NCBI GenBank assembly: GCA_002269645.1
Contig: NIVC01003213.1
Span: 1 to 64,000, forward strand
DNA from: Macrostomum lignano
Taxonomy: Eukaryota
Reading direction: 5' to 3'
DNA: 64,000 bases
The translations under genes and the position numbers were made by a program. Shown here in pieces: positions 21,374 through 33,400 of the stretch; within the stretch, counting starts at the first letter, position 1, and every line of letters begins with the position of its first letter. The notes beneath the pieces are model-generated. The model had not been told where the DNA came from. It saw only the letters and a list, made by a program, of their open reading frames with translations, and searched no databases.

Positions 21374-22363
21374 CTACTCAAGAACGGCGACGCAGCGGAA
21401 GCAGCTGCCGCCGATGAAGCCGGCCAGACCCCCGCTCGGTCCGAACAGAAGGCAGTCGCCGTTTCCAGGAATGACCAAAGCGAACAGGCAGGCCGGCTGC
21501 GCCGTGCACTTGAAGATGCAGTCCAGCCGAGGGCTCTTCAGGCCGGACCATCGGGTCAGGAGGGCGCTTGATGCAGCTGGGAAGCTGGACTGAGCACTGC
21601 TGACGCACAGGGAAGCTCCCTTAGCCACTGAAAACAAATATTTTGGATTCGTCAGCTACAGCAAAGCAAACTGGATTTACAATCTTCAGAGGTGCTCACT
21701 TGCTAATATATCAATCTCAAATATGTTGATGTACTGTTGCGATGAAGAGAGTCCAGTAATGTTCTTGTAAATCGCGAAATACCTGCCCACAATGGGCTTG
21801 GAACAGTTGACTTTGATCGGGTTGTCAGCAACAGTGGGCACATCGGTGTAGTAGAAGCACAGTTGGAACAGGTGTGAATTGAATGAAGTCCACACGGCGG
21901 GGTTGTTTGTCACACCTGTTGTGGCAGAGGTTGGGTGTGAGAAGATTGCAATTCCTTAGATAGCAGTGCAGACTGAAGGATAGGCATTAGATTAAAGACC
22001 TGATATGTTTATTCGTGATGCAGTTTGGCTTTAGAATTATGTACTTAAAATAGTGAAAGCGCGAATATAAAGGCCCAAGCACTCACTGACTTCACTCACC
22101 AAAGCTGATCTGCGTGAATCGCTTGTGCCAGGAGTTGTCAAGCCGGTTCCAGACACGAGCACCGAACACAGCGTGCGGCTGATCCATGTCCAGCATCACC
22201 CACGGCATTGGGTCTCCGTCTGCGGTGTGAATTATGTAGGCGCTTGTGACGCCGTCGTTGACATGAATCGGGTCCGCCGAGTTTGCGTATCTCGATGATG
22301 AGTTGGCCAATTTGTTTTTCTGAACTAACACTAGTTCAAAGTCCGATAAATTCTGCTGCACAG
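21374..22363 (-). CDS. Second F-type-lectin/PAN-like paralogue, convergent with the first; exons 22363-22100, 21915-21700, 21627-21374 (signal-peptide exon not located)
   Basis: Same exon structure and splice phases. The last two exons are nearly identical to 19192-19733 in inverted orientation. Confidence 0.78.
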
Positions 22364-22484
22364 CTGTAATATGAAAGTTTTTTATTCATGGTGTTGTATG
22401 ATGAAGAAAATCTACACTGCTTACTAGTATATAAATTTATTTTTGCGTTTATGAATATGATTTTAATGTCTTACTTGCACTTAC

Positions 22485-22485
22485 T

Positions 22486-22520
<35 letters not shown>

Positions 22521-22533
22521 TTAAGTAAGTAAT

Positions 22534-22594
<61 letters not shown>

Positions 22595-22595
22595 G

Positions 22596-22640
<45 letters not shown>

Positions 22641-22653
22641 TTAAGTAAGTAAT

Positions 22654-22706
<53 letters not shown>

Positions 22707-22707
22707 G

Positions 22708-22752
<45 letters not shown>

Positions 22753-22795
22753 TTAAGTAAGTAAGTAAGTAAGTAGGTAAGTAAGTAAGTAAGTA

Positions 22796-22839
<44 letters not shown>

Positions 22840-23280
22840 AGTCAGTTAGTCCGTCAGTCAGTGAGTCAGTGAGTCAGTTGAGTCAGTCAGTCAGTCAGTC
22901 AGTCAGTCAGTCAGTCAGTCAGTCAGTCAGTCAGTCAGTCAGTCAGTCAGTCAGTCAGTCAGTCAGTCAGTCAGTCAGTCAGTCAGTCAGTCAGTCAGTC
23001 AGTCAGTCAGTCAGTCAGTCAGTCAGTCAGTGAGTCAGTCAGTCAGTCAGTCAGTCAGTCAGTCAGTTAGTCAGTCAGTCAGTCCGTCAGTCAGTCAGTG
23101 AGTGAGTGAGTGAGTGAGTGAGTCAGTCAGTCAGTCAGTCAGTCAGTCAGTCAGTCAGTCAGTCAGTCAGTCAGTCAGTCAGTCAGTCAGTCAGTCAGTC
23201 AGTCAGTCAGTCAGTCAGTCAGTCAGTCAGTCAGTCAGTCAGTCAGTCAGTCAGTCAGTCAGTCAGTCAGTCAGTCAGTC
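22485..23280. repeat. Compound tetranucleotide microsatellite (AGTA)n then (AGTC)n
   Basis: Direct reading; the switch occurs at ~22795. Confidence 0.97.
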
Positions 23281-25372
23281 ACCAAGATGCCACAAAGTTG
23301 TCGTAGGCCATTCAATTTTATCCTATTTCGCCCAATTGGCCTAGTTCCTACCCTACTTTAATCCTTCACGACTTACAAATTTGAGTCTGCGTTTGAGCAT
23401 GCGTTTGAACAAATAATTAATGACAACAGCAACTGTAGTAGTCGACGAAAGGCCAGTAGAATTTTTTTAGTTTAGCGCCACTTGGGCCGGCATTGAATGC
23501 AATTCATCGAGATACTTATATTTGAGATCTAAGCTAGGGTTCGCTCCGAGAGCAACGCGCGTGCATTAGTTTGATGTATATTACTCGCATAAATAGACAA
23601 GGGCGCAACGTGCAAGGTAGAATACTAGAGTACAAACATCTGTCCCCTACACAAATTTCGAATTACTGGTCCATGATCACGAGAGGAAATGCCGACCGCG
23701 TTGACGGGCCGCCACCGCCATGATCAACCATGTCGACTTCGGTAGCGTAGAAATAAGCGACGCTTTGTCTGTTAAAACTTCTCTGATGATGGCTAAATGC
23801 GTGATGAGTTGTTCAGATGGGAGATTCGACAAGTAACTCTCCAGACACGATCAAGCTCAGCTCCTCCGATTCCGTCGGCGCAGCCAATTCTGTCGATGTG
23901 CGTCTTCCTTTCGGCCCAACTCGTAATACCGAGAATTTCTCACTCGTCCCCCTCCCCATGCAGGATGGTGACGCCCATGGTTGCGCACCACTGTGAATTG
24001 AAGTAGAATGATTGGCTGATTGGCTAGCATGATGCGTATGACTTTCTTATTACCTATACCAGGTATTAATGAAACCCTATACAACGTAGTATTAATAAAA
24101 TATAATACTCTCTATGCCCCGACTACAATGACACGATCTATCTCGTTTACACTACATGTACCTATTTGTGGGTCGACGTTAATATATGTTGAACGCAGTT
24201 GCTTGATCTAATATCCTTATATGCATCAAGCAAAATAAGGCTACATTATATAAATACAAAATGAACATGTATTTATAGCAGTTTAAGCAAATAAACTAAA
24301 TTTTAGCTTTAATAGATGCCGTTACTAGAAGAAAAGGTAAGATGACACAAAATTTAATAATGCTCTATCCAGAAAAAATAATACCTTTAGCAGTAAGACA
24401 ACTATACAGCTTAAAAACACCCACATTGTAAACAAGGATGACTATAATCATCTTAATATCTGTATCTGAAGAGGCAGCATCAAGCTTCGAAAATCAGCCC
24501 TTAAAAACTTTTTCCGTGCTTCGTGAGTGCCGAGTCCTTCAACTACAATGGTCCTTCTTGATGTTAAATTTAAATGCTACGCATTTCATTTCACACACAT
24601 TAACTTGCTATTTAAACTTTCTACGTACTACTTTCCGTTAGTGAATAGAAAGTAAATCATGTAGCAAAACAAAATTGTTTTGCACACTTTCAAAATTAAA
24701 AAATCCTTAGAATTTTATAATATTAGATTAGAATTCTTCGTCCCGACGCCCGAAGATGTAAAATATCAGACGCGCTTTCAAAAAACTATATTTTTTACAA
24801 ACATCGGAATTTTATCATAACTCATAAACCTTCCTTTTCGAATTGAACATTGGCATTGGAATTAAAAACAGGCTATTTGCCGGAGCCAAAACTCTTAGTA
24901 CAGCTACTACTAAGCCCTACTTTAAAACAGCGCAAAGGGCAAAGGTGATTTTTAAAGTGAACTCGACTGACTTGGCTAACTGAGTCCTAATTAACCTGCA
25001 ACGATCAACAAGTCTCATCGATTTTAGTCGGCCTTGAGTTCTGTACAACTCCAGTCCATAAATATTGACTTCATTTTTATGGTTTATTTAAAATAAATTG
25101 GCATCATTGCAATCACAATCTAATCTGCTAATGTTTTAATTCAGAACTGAAATGTAGGATCACAGACTAGGCCCTATCTATTTTTTTAATAATTTTATAA
25201 TAAAATTATTGGTGGCATAGATGGGCCTATATCTGTATGTGTATAGCCTATGCCTGAATTAAACAAGAAGCCTAGTGGTTAGTGGTATGTTTAAACTAGG
25301 GCCCTGATAAATGCAAAATGCTCAGTCAGATAGGCCTAGGCCCCATAGTCAGGATCATGCTATGTGTGCGCT

Positions 25373-25647
25373 CATACATGCGCAACAGTCGGCCGAGTCG
25401 GCCGATCCGGCCGACCGATTTGGCGGCCAACCAAGGAAGTCGCAAAAATGCCCACTTAAAAAAACATCCAAGTAGTAGTACTAAGTAGCTGACGAGGCAT
25501 TTTGGCTTAAAAAGACAGTCATAGTTACTCCTGCCGTTTACCTAAAGTTGCGCTAATTTTGCTTTAGGGTTTTTTACATGTAAGTCGCATTTTTAGCCAA
25601 AAACTACGTCGCACGGCCGACCGAATTTTGGAGGTTGCGCATGTATG
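25373..25647. mobile_element. hAT-type MITE, copy 1
   Basis: 14-bp TIRs catacatgcgcaac/gttgcgcatgtatg and an 8-bp TSD tgtgcgct (25365-25372, 25648-25655). Confidence 0.92.
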
Positions 25648-26991
25648 TGTGCGCTAGAAGCCACCCCAAAATTTTTTTGCTATTCGCCAGACGCCAGGTA
25701 CGCCAGCCAAAATGCACAAGTGTGCCAGGTATAGGCCTACTAGTCCTAAATCTTAATCCTAATGTAAAAAAATGCGTAATTGCAAGTAAAGATTATAAAT
25801 TAAAATTTTGAAGATTTATGTTTTTAATTTCAAAAATAAAGCATAAAAATAAGAAGTAAAATACAATTTAAAGAATATTTCAAATAAAGCAACTGTTGTC
25901 AATTGTCATTACAATATATTTGCAAAATCATTGTTAAACTTTGTGCAAAATTTCACGCTTCATGTACTTTATTTTCTTTGAATTTGTCTCTTGCAGTAGC
26001 CATGGCACAGCTTTCTCCAGTGTTGTGTGTACCATGTATGTGCCCCATGCAGTGTGCGCCATGTAGGGTGCGCCAATTGTATATATGCCAAGGTGTATGC
26101 CAGAAGACCCTTTCAAAAATTTTGTGAGCCAAGTATACGCCAGCTGTCCTGAATGTGCACTGGAAATTTCTGGCATATATGACATGATCCCGAGTGTGGC
26201 CTAGGCCCTATTCTTTCTTTTATTTGAATGGACATTTTTTAATTTAAAATTTAAAGGGGCCTATCTATAAAACTATTATGCTTTAGCCTATGCAAATTGG
26301 GCCAGTTTTACATTTATTTTCTTTATAATGGCCTATTAAAACTAGGCCTACAACATTATATTTTAAATTAAATTAGCATATTATTATATAAATTATATTA
26401 TGACTTGATTTAGTTTTAATTTAAAGATAATATTAATAGGCTAGGCCCTAATATTCAGGACCTTTCATTTTTATCTGGATTAGCCTATTTAACTTGGCTA
26501 GTTTATATAGACAGTAAGTTAATATAATATAAATTATAATAAAAGCCTAGGCAATATTATAGAAATTTAATCTTTTAGAAAAATACATATCAAAATGCAA
26601 TGTTAATAAGCCTAAAATATTTTAATATATGTTGAAATGAACAAGTCATGAGCTGAGAATATGCGAGACAAGACAAACGTGCCAAGTGCACCGACAACCA
26701 ACAATACGATTTATTACAAGCGAGGTTCAATAGTAGCCACCCCCATCCCAGGGCTAAAACACCAACAATGTACATTAAAATCATGATAAAGAAGAGACGT
26801 GCAAAGAGCGGGAGCCACGGACCATGAGTACACGCACAGAGTTAAGAACACAAACAATACATGGAATAAAAGTGCACCCCAACCCCACGCACCAGGCCCA
26901 ACACTGCCCCCCCCCCGCCAAAGCAAACAAAGACTGAAACCACAAGAACAAAATCAAAGAGTCAAGTACAGTCACAAAGAGTCACTAGACT

Positions 26992-28816
26992 TTATAGCAG
27001 ACAGGCTGGCGAGGCCGAAGCTCGTACGGCTCTCGCTGGCCAGTTCTGGATCAGGAAGGTGCTCAACCATGGCGCTAGGAAGCTGCTCCGGCAACTCCGC
27101 CTCAGGTTCAGCCCCCTCAGGCGACCCAGGTGCCTTGGCCGGCCGGTCCACTGATTCGAGTGCGCCAGCCGCAGGCCGCTGTCTGATTGGTCCGCAGGGG
27201 CTACCAGCGCCGTGTTCTGGCCGTGCTGCACCACGAACTTGGCCGGAACCGGCAAAAATCCTGGACGCATCCTCAGCCAGATTGGATCGCCCACCTGCTC
27301 AGTCATGGTTAGCGGGTGGCAAAGGCGACGACCCCACATCAGAATGTCCGGAGAAGCCGCTCTATTTCCACTGGGCTGGCTGGTCCTGATCGTCAGCAGC
27401 AGTTTCTGCAGGAAGTGGTCGAATGGCACTATCTTCGTCCACGCCTTGAGTCCATCCTTGATGATCCTCACCAGCCTTTCTGCCTGACCGTTCGAGGCCG
27501 GATGGTACGGTGGAGTGTGCAGCTCCTGGCACCCGATGCTGCGCAGCCACTGGGACACTTTCTCCGACTTGAACTCCGGCGCATTGTCCGACACCAGTGT
27601 CCGAGGCACTCCGTTCCTGGCAAATACCGCTCTCAGAACTCGCAGGACACTGTCCGCAGTTCGGTCTGGCACCTGAATCGCCTCAGGCCACCCGGAGTAG
27701 GAGTCCGACAGCAGCAGTAGCAGGCTGACACCAGAAATCTCACAATGGTCCATGTGAACCCGGGACCACGGCTCACTCTCGGCTGGCCAGGTGTCGATTC
27801 TTCGCTGCAGGACTGGCCAAGTTTCTGAACACTGCTGGCAGTGCTCCATAAAGCTGCAAACATTGCGATTGAGACCCGGCCACCAGAACTCCCTGGAGAT
27901 GTGCGCCTTGGTGTTGTCGGTGCTTAGATGCACCTCGTCGTGCGCCACCTCCAGAATGCGCCTGCGGAGAACAGGTGGGGGCACAATTCTGGTTCTGTGG
28001 ATCACCAGACCATCTTCCACCGACAGCGCCTCCCGGCACGCTTTGTACGGCCTCTCCACCTGCGACACCTGGCCCCACTGGCCTGTTCTGATCCTCTGCT
28101 GCAGCCGCTTCATCAACGTGCACATCCTGGTTCCCTCACGAAGATCCTGCAGAGTCACAAGAGCTCCTTCTGACACGACCTCTTCATGCTCCAACTGGTG
28201 CATGGCGTCACTTGGAGGGTCTTGGGCAGCAAAACTCAAACGAGACAAGGCATCTGCATCCACCATCAGTCTTCCTGGCACATACTCAACCTCGTAGTCA
28301 AAAGCAGATAGTCGCAGGGCCCAGCGAGTTAGTCTTGCCGACACTGTTTTAGGAAGGTTCTTGCTGGGATTGAAGATGTACTTCAGTGGCTCGTGGTCAG
28401 TCTGGAGCGTGAACCTCTTCCCCAGGAGCATCTTGCGGGCTCGCTCCACTGCCCAGACAATGGCCAGAGCCTCCCGCTCAATGTTGGAGTAGTTGGCCTC
28501 AGACTTGGTCAGCGCCCGAGAGAGGTACATGACTGGGTGCCCTGACTGCACCAGCACAGCGCCCAGAGACTGCTTGCTAGCATCCACCTGCAGACACACC
28601 AGCGAGTTGACAGCAAACGGTTTCACACACGGATTCGAGCTCAGGCTCTGCTTCACATTGGTGAATGCTGCCTCGGCAGCCGCACTCCAATCAAACACAC
28701 AGTCCGCTCGACGAAGTTCCTGCAAAGGCCAACACTTCTCAGCAAAGTTGGGAACCAACCGACCATAGAACTGCGTCAAGCCCAGAAACCGCTCGAGATC
28801 CTTCTTGCTTTTCGGA
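26992..28816 (-). pseudogene. Gypsy pol 3' part: RT end, RNase H and integrase
   Basis: FLGLTQFYGRLVPNF, VDASKQSLGAVL, NYSNIEREALA, TDHEPL (RNase H); H-x4-H...C-x2-C, HMDH, SDNAPEF, YHPASNGQAER (integrase DDE). It is cut from the RT by the MITE at 28817. Confidence 0.93.
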
Positions 28817-29114
28817 CATACATGCGCAACAGTTGGCCGAGTCGGCCGATCCGGCCGACCGATTTGGCGGCCAACCAAGGAAGTCGCAAAAATGCCCACC
28901 CGAAAAAATACCTAAGTAGTAGTACTAAGTAGCTGACGAGGCAATTTGACTTAATAAGACAGTCATAGTTACTCCTGCCGTTTACCCAAAGTTGCGTTAA
29001 TTTTGCATTACGTTTTTTTTACATGTAAGTCGCATTTTTGGCCAAAAACTACGTCGCATTTTTGTTAAAACTAAGTCGCATGGCCGACCGAATTTTAGAG
29101 GTTGCGCATGTATG
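28817..29114. mobile_element. hAT-type MITE, copy 2, inserted in the gypsy RT
   Basis: Same 14-bp TIRs; 8-bp TSD ttttcgga (28809-28816, 29115-29122). Confidence 0.93.
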
Positions 29115-30364
29115 TTTTCGGAGCCTCCACATCCTGAATCTTCTGCACCATTCCCAGATCCGGCTTGATCCCCTCTTCATCGATGATGTGGCCCAGGAAC
29201 TTTAGGCTTCTGGCCTCCAAAATGCACTTCGCTTTGTTGATTTTCACATTAGCCGCCCTCAGCTTGTCCAGCACCTTCTCTCTGATATTCTGCAGCTCCG
29301 CCTTTGACACTGCTCCCATGAGCACATCATCCTGGTACACGATGACACTTGGGTGCTCACCCAGCAGCTTCTCCATCTCGCACTGGAACACAGACGGAGA
29401 AACCTTGATGCCATACGGCAGCCTGTTAAAGCGCTAGCAGCTAAAAGGGGTATTGATTATGGTGATGTCTTTTGACTCATTTTCCAGTGGAACCTAATAA
29501 TAAGCGTCAGATAAGTCCAGTTGGCAGAACAACTTCTTGTTTGCCATCTTTGAGAAGGCTGTCTTGATGGACGGAGTCAAGTACGTCTGGTCCTGCACCC
29601 ACTGATTGACAGCAGTGTAGTCTCCGCAGATCCTCACAGACATCTTGTCGGATTTCACCGTCACCACAATGGGGCTGCCCCACTCTGAGGAAGTCACCTT
29701 CTCAACTATGCCCGCCTTCTCCATCAGGTCCAGCTCCTTCTTCACCAGTGGACGCAGCGCCAGCGGCAGCTCTCTGGCTGGTTGGAAAATTGGCCTGGCT
29801 CCCGCCTTCAACAGGATCTCGCCAACTGCTCCCTTGATGCCCAACAAGCTCTCGTACCTGTTGTTGCTGGGCGGCTTGGCCTCATCTGAGTGGTGAGCTG
29901 GCAGCGAGCTGAGCAGATCCTGGCCGAGCAAACCAAACTTCTGCTTGCATTCGATGATAGGCAGCTCCGCCGGAGCGAAGCGGCCATCAGGGCCGCCAGT
30001 CTCCACCAGGCACTCCAGGATGCTGAGCTGCTTCATCACGTGCCCGTCGTAGGCCAGCATCCGAGACTTAGGCAACTTCAGTGGCGGCCTGCCAAGTTCT
30101 TCCCAGATCTTTCTCGAGATTAGTGAGCATAAGGCGCCACTGTCCTTTTCCATTTTGACCTGCCTTCTGTTGATTTTCACATCGCAGAATGCAGCAAGGG
30201 TGCCCGCACCGCAGTAGAAAACTAGCTCGTCTCTGGTTACAGCTGAGTCAGAGTGCTTGGATTCGTTGGGTGCGACAAAGTGGGTCCTGGCACTCCGGCA
30301 GACCTTCGCGAAGTGGCCAGTCTTCCCGCACTTGTGACAGGTGACCTTCAGGGCTCGGCAGTCT
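28915..30364. repeat. 1,450-bp direct duplication, copy A (MITE right part plus gypsy RT/PR/gag end)
   Basis: Matches 36320-37769 at a constant offset of 7405; the ORF tracks are identical. Confidence 0.95.
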
Positions 30365-30475
30365 TTGACTTACTTGACTTAGCTGCAGGGTGGTCCGTAG
30401 ACACAGCGGGGAGGCGAGGGTCGCCCATTCCGCTAGCCCCTGAAGGCCCGCAGACAGGCAGAGGCGTGGGGCCGG

Positions 30476-33400
30476 TCAGGGTGGTCCGCCGGTCCGTCCT
30501 GCAGCGTGATCTTCCGTTGGGAAGAAACTGGCTCGTCTAGTCGCCCGAAGGAACTGGATGAGCCGTGGGATGCTGTCGGGCTGGCAAACCTCGTCAATGG
30601 ACGGGTTCGGCCCGAGGTAGCGTAGCCGGTCTCTGTTAAAGAAAGGGCAGTGACAGACAAAGTGCTGAGCATCTTCATTGTCGCACTCGCAAAAGGGGCA
30701 AATTTCGCTCTCGAGGTCGCCTCGGAGGAAGCAGTGCCTGGCGAGGTAGCCATGGCCGGTAAGGGTCATGACAAGGGCTCGAATATCCTTCCGATTCTGG
30801 TTCAGAAGGATGTTTCTGAGCCTGTGAGACGGGCAAGGAACCGCGGCACGAGATTGCCGGCAGTTTTGGGTGCCCGCCCATCTGTCCCTGTGGAGGGAGT
30901 CAGCCCAGTCGTCGATCTGACGATTGATGACTGTCAAGGGCATAGGGACCAGGGGGGCAGGGCCGAAAAAAGAGCCAGAGCCGCCCCTCTTGGCGAGGGT
31001 GTCTGCCAGCTCGTTCCCCGGAAACCCTGCGTGCCCTGGGATCCACTTCAGCCTGACAGTATTGCTTCTGGCCAGGAGGTTGAGCTGCCGGGCGCAGTCG
31101 GCGACTGTCCGGGAGTTCGTTGTGGTGTGGCAAAGGGCCTGTAAGGCCGCTTGGCTGTCGGAGTGGATGACAATAGTCTTTCCTCTCGTAACCTTGGCGT
31201 TTAGCTCTGCAGCGCAAGAGCTGATGGCAAGGACTTCGTTCTGGAAGACTGTGGAGAGTCTACCAGTGTGCTGGGCATGCGTGGCAATTACGCGGCCGTT
31301 GATGATGATGCAGACCCCAAAGCCGGCGCGACCGTCTTTGATGGATCCGTCCGTGTAGCAATGGACCTCCTGGAAATTCCAGTGGTCATTGGCAGCATCC
31401 CTAGAGGGGATGGTGACCTTGTAGCGCTGAAAGAGGTTGAGAGTGCGGGGTTCGCCGTCAGATAGGACGTGGAGCCCGCCGCTGTCTCTCAAGTCCTTGA
31501 GGCAGAGGTCAGCGTGGGGCAGAAGCTTGCGCTTAGCCATGGCCCTATGGGGCTGGATTCGAAAGCCAGCGTCAGCTAGACGGCGGGCAGTCTTAGCCGC
31601 TTCCCTGCGGACAAAGATGTCCAGCGGAGGAATGTTGAGGAAGGCGTCGAGGCCATCGTAAGGAGCAGACGGAGGGGCGCTCATGATCGTGCGACAAGCG
31701 CGCCCTTGCGCTCTCCTGAGAGCCTCTAGACAGGTCTTTATCTGCAGGGCGCTAGCCCAGATCAGGCCGCCATACGAGATAGCGGGCCTAACCATTGCAG
31801 TGTAGATCCACCAGAGGCGCTTGGGGGTGAGCCCCCAGGTGGTGCCGACGGCCCTGCGCAATTGCGCGAGGACTGCGAAGGCCTTTTTGGCTTTTGTTTG
31901 AACGTGGGGAGACCAGTTCAGCCTGTGGTCCAGGGTAATACCCAGACATTTAGTCTGCTTGCAGAAGGGGATTTCCCTTCCGTAAAGCGTGAGCGGCCGA
32001 ATCTGCCACTTGGTCCTGCTGGTGAACATGATCGCTGCGGTCTTAGTCTCAGAGAGCCTTAAACCACAGCGGTCCGCCCATTGCTCAGCAGCGTAGATGA
32101 AGTTCTGAAGAAGGTCCCTGAGGGTATCAGGGGACGGACCAGATGCCACCGCGGTGACATCGTCCGCATATCCAACTTTCAGAATGGGGTCAGGCCGAAC
32201 ATCCCGGAGGAGCTCATCGATGACCATATTCCAGAGAACTGGAGACAGCACCCCACCTTGCGGGCTACCTTTGCAGACGGGGACCGTCCTCTGGTAGCCC
32301 AGCAGACTGGCGGTGGCCGTGCGATGGCTGATCATGTACATGATCCATCTGGTGAGATGTGAGTGCGTTAGCCTCTCACAAAGAGCTCTTCGGAACGCCT
32401 CAAAGAGGACGTTATCGAAGGCGCCAATGATGTCCAGGAAGATCCCCAGAGCAAAGCCACTACCAAGCACGGCCTTCTCGAGTTTATCGACCAGGACGTG
32501 CAGCGCGCTTTCAGTGGAGCGACCCGCCCGAAAAGCGTGCTGGTTCTCGCTGAGAGGTTTGTTCTTCAGCTCAACAGAGAGAAGGCGCCAAAGCACCAGT
32601 CTCTCCATCAGCTTGACCAGGGAGGAGGTCAAGCTGATCGGTCTGAAGGATTTGATAGAATGGTAGTCCGGGCGGCCTGGCTTAGGGATAAAGATCACCT
32701 TTGCCTCGGTCCATGCCTGCGGGACATAACCAAGCGTGATGCATGCCCGAAGAAGGCTGCAAAGTTTGCGCAGGAAGCCTGGGCATTTAACCGCCTCTCT
32801 TAGAAGGGCCGGTACAATGCCGTCGGGTCCTGGGGCTTTGAAAGGCTTGAAGGAATTTGCCGCTCTCACAATGCGGTCCTCCGTGATGATAGATGCAGCC
32901 AGCGCGTGACCTCCCTCCGAGTGATCCGGAGTGGTCTGGTTAGCTGGCTCGTTAGGGAAAAACGCAGTGAGCATTACATCAAGCGTTTCCCCTGGGTTGT
33001 CCGTGGACGTACCGTCGGTGCGTTTGACCGAGGAGAGCTTAGACATTTTGTCCAGCGTGAGCGCTTTCACAACTCTGGAGGTGGGGCGTGAGCCCTCTAG
33101 CTCCTCACAGTATTGTCGCCATTTTTGAGCCTTTGCATTCCTAACCTGCCTTTTAAACTCATGAATTGCTTCATGATAGGCGGTTTGGTCTGCAGGGCTC
33201 TTAGTTTTAGTTGCTCTGCGGTGGAGTCTCTTAGCCCTGCGACGGAGGTTGCCGAGCTCGGGATTCCACCACGGCGCCGATTTTTTCCCTTTATAGGCTT
33301 TTAAAGGGCAGGACGCCTCAAAGGCGGCGGTTAGCGTCTCTGTCAAAACAGTCGCGCACTCATCCGCCTCTCGGCACGACGTGATCGTGAATGGTTGGCC

